Translations under genes and position numbers: made by a program | IMG/VR virus record: IMGVR_UViG_3300042393_000674 | Span: 1-39,531 of that record | From: a virus | Taxonomy: Duplodnaviria; Caudoviricetes | Reading direction: 5' to 3' (one strand) | Length of the DNA stretch: 39,531 bases | Notes under the pieces: model-generated | The model's input: only the letters and a program-made list of their open reading frames with translations | What the model was told of the DNA's origin: nothing | The model's database searches: none | In this document: piece after piece, positions 37,699 to 39,531 of the stretch | How positions within the stretch are numbered: the first letter of the stretch is position 1 | How the letters are laid out: the number at the start of each line of letters is the position of its first letter

Positions 37699-38835
37699 TT
37701 AGGCTGCGTTAGGGGTTGTATAAGCGATGGCCAGTTCATTGGCTGTACCGATATCAAACGCTCCACTTGCAGTACCTTGAGCCGTAAAGTTAATAGTTGT
37801 TGAAACAACTTGTTCAGCATTAACTGTTGGGATTGTTAACACAACACCAGGCATTGTAAAGTCAACTTTAGTACTACCAGTACCACCAACCGATATTTTC
37901 ATAAAGAAAGCAGGGCTAATAGCGGTTGCAGAATTAGTTAACATAGAACTCATTAAGTCAGCTGTAAACAAAGGGCTGCTGCCGGTACCTGTACGTAAGT
38001 AAGCGTTTAAACTACCAGTAATAGAGCGTGTACTTGTAAAATAGGTAACAGGCTTATTAACTGTAGCTAAATTAGCAGGAGTTAAATAAGTAACATTGTT
38101 ACTAATTGTTAAATTACCACCAGTAATTGGCAGAGTGTAGCTTGTACCACCCTCAGCAATACCTTCATCTAAAGTAACAACGCTTAGTTTGTTAGCAATA
38201 TAAGGAGCTGTTGTGTTTTTAGCTAAAAAGTTACCAGCAAGTGAACCAGTAAAGGTTCCAGAGCCGATTGTTGGGTTAGTGATTTGGCGTAACACACCTC
38301 CTTGTCCTGCCCACTGCACTGAAGCAATAGCGTCAAGACCGAAATCAATAGTTGCTGTGTTTAATACACAGTTATCGATAACAAAAGTTGTAGCGTCAAC
38401 CACAATAACCATACCAAAAGCTAACAATTGGTGTTTATCTGAGTTAGTAACTACGCAGTCAGCTTTAGTAAGACCGTCTGTCCAAGCAGGATTTGCACCG
38501 CCAATTTCAGAAGCCGAGAACATTGCGTTCCACAAAACAGCTTCTTCACAGCTAATATTAGTACCAGTATCTGCTGGGCGCATATAAGTTGTAAAAGAAA
38601 ACTCAACTGGATCTAGTGCAGTATTAAAACTACGCTGTCCACGAACTGGTGTTGCACCAGCTTCGTTTAGTGTGATCGTTTCTGAGGTAGTGCTTTGTGA
38701 GAATGAGAATCCTTCCAAAACTTGAATTTCACGAGTATTAGCTGTAGTAAATCCCGTACTTTTAACTGCACCTGTAGTTGCATCTACATTGCTTGTGTAA
38801 AATACGCGACTATTACGAATTAAATTAAATGCCAT
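37699..38835 (-). CDS. major tail tube protein (T5 pb6-like, lacking C-terminal Ig domain)
   Basis: LIRNSRVF..NTREIQV..TLNEAG..PVRG..FN.AL...FSFTTY.RP matches the recalled T5 pb6 N-terminus; synteny. Confidence 0.9.
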   Translation of the reverse strand: MAFNLIRNSRVFYTSNVDATTGAVKSTGFTTANTREIQVLEGFSFSQSTTSETITLNEAGATPVRGQRSFNTALDPVEFSFTTYMRPADTGTNISCEEAVLWNAMFSASEIGGANPAWTDGLTKADCVVTNSDKHQLLAFGMVIVVDATTFVIDNCVLNTATIDFGLDAIASVQWAGQGGVLRQITNPTIGSGTFTGSLAGNFLAKNTTAPYIANKLSVVTLDEGIAEGGTSYTLPITGGNLTISNNVTYLTPANLATVNKPVTYFTSTRSITGSLNAYLRTGTGSSPLFTADLMSSMLTNSATAISPAFFMKISVGGTGSTKVDFTMPGVVLTIPTVNAEQVVSTTINFTAQGTASGAFDIGTANELAIAYTTPNAA

Positions 38836-38905
38836 ATTTTATTTCCTTGTGGTTAAAACGTAAGGCACACCTACTAGACATTTATCTGTTTTGGTGCCGG
38901 TAACG

Positions 38906-39346
38906 TTATTGTAGTGCGTATCGCACTTGTAAGTTCATCTCTCCGACACCATAAGGAACTAGTAGCCCTTCGTCGGTCATTATAGACTGAATTAATATTT
39001 CAGTCGTTACCAAGCTGTTAGCTTGGTCATAGACTAGTGCGCGATTATTATTGATACATGTTTCTAAATCGCGCAGTAGGGTTTCTAGTTGGCTCTGAGT
39101 ATCGTCTTGATCTCTAACATAAACCTTGATTGAAATATTTAAATAACACCAAGTAAAGTTTGCTGGATGATATTCACGTACTTCAGTACCTGGTACAAGA
39201 TATACAGCAGGAAAGTCCTGGATTTCGTCCCAGAATTTTAGTTTTGCATAACTATTGTTAAACAAATTAGTTGTATAAGGAGCTGTTCCATTAATTGTTT
39301 TTAATTTTTCAGCTAGTGCTTTTGTAATGCTATTTCTTTTACTCAT
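38906..39346 (-). CDS. tail terminator protein (T5 p142-like)
   Basis: EIQDFP, TDEGLLVPYGVGEMNLQVRY match recalled T5 p142 motifs; upstream of the tube gene. Confidence 0.85.
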   Translation of the reverse strand: MSKRNSITKALAEKLKTINGTAPYTTNLFNNSYAKLKFWDEIQDFPAVYLVPGTEVREYHPANFTWCYLNISIKVYVRDQDDTQSQLETLLRDLETCINNNRALVYDQANSLVTTEILIQSIMTDEGLLVPYGVGEMNLQVRYALQ

Positions 39347-39531
39347 ACTGATATAGCCCTTAATTTATTAGCCACTACCTGGGACGCAATATCCCGTATA
39401 GACTTACCAATAAGTAATTTAGGGTCACGGGTTTTTGGCCTGTCTTGTTTACCACCAGCACTAAAAGTTGCGTATGGATTTTTCATATAACTATAAAATA
39501 CGCTTATTAAACCGTCACGGTTTTGGGTGAG
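39343..39531 (-). CDS. 3' end of tail completion protein (T5 p143-like), partial
   Basis: Open frame LTQNRDGLISVFYSYMKNPYATF...RDPKLLIGKSIRDIA...AISV*; ATGA overlap with the terminator gene; YxYMxxPY..R.P..LIG..I motif. Confidence 0.75.
   Translation of the reverse strand, partial: LTQNRDGLISVFYSYMKNPYATFSAGGKQDRPKTRDPKLLIGKSIRDIASQVVANKLRAISV

Noticed and set aside
1-39531. Alternative genetic code, introns/inteins, tRNA or defence genes
   Set aside because: Genes are intact and tightly packed in the standard code with all three stops used; no such motifs were recognised and intergenic gaps are short.

Overview
The window is a contiguous, minus-strand late (morphogenesis and lysis) region of a long-tailed dsDNA phage of a Gram-negative host, since it encodes two-component spanins. 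In transcription order (right to left) it starts with a T5-like tail core: completion protein (partial), terminator, pb6-like tail tube, two chaperones joined by a GGGAAAC -1 frameshift, and a tape measure. A lambdoid-type tail tip follows: Dit-like, DUF1833-like, a fused NlpC/P60-gpI-gpJ hub, and a central fibre with two accessory proteins. Next is a separately promoted ~19.6 kb appendage operon: a collar-like protein, a 1363-aa hierarchical repeat protein, three small adaptor-like proteins, three large fibres (two with S74 chaperone domains), a tandem GTA-head-spike-like protein and small chaperones. The window ends with i-spanin, o-spanin and the start of a probable GH19 endolysin. Two terminator plus perfect sigma70 promoter cassettes divide the region. 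The most novel-looking element is the appendage operon, which reads like a branched, multi-receptor fibre built on a shaft with six repeated acidic motifs. All family assignments come from recalled motifs and synteny, not database searches.
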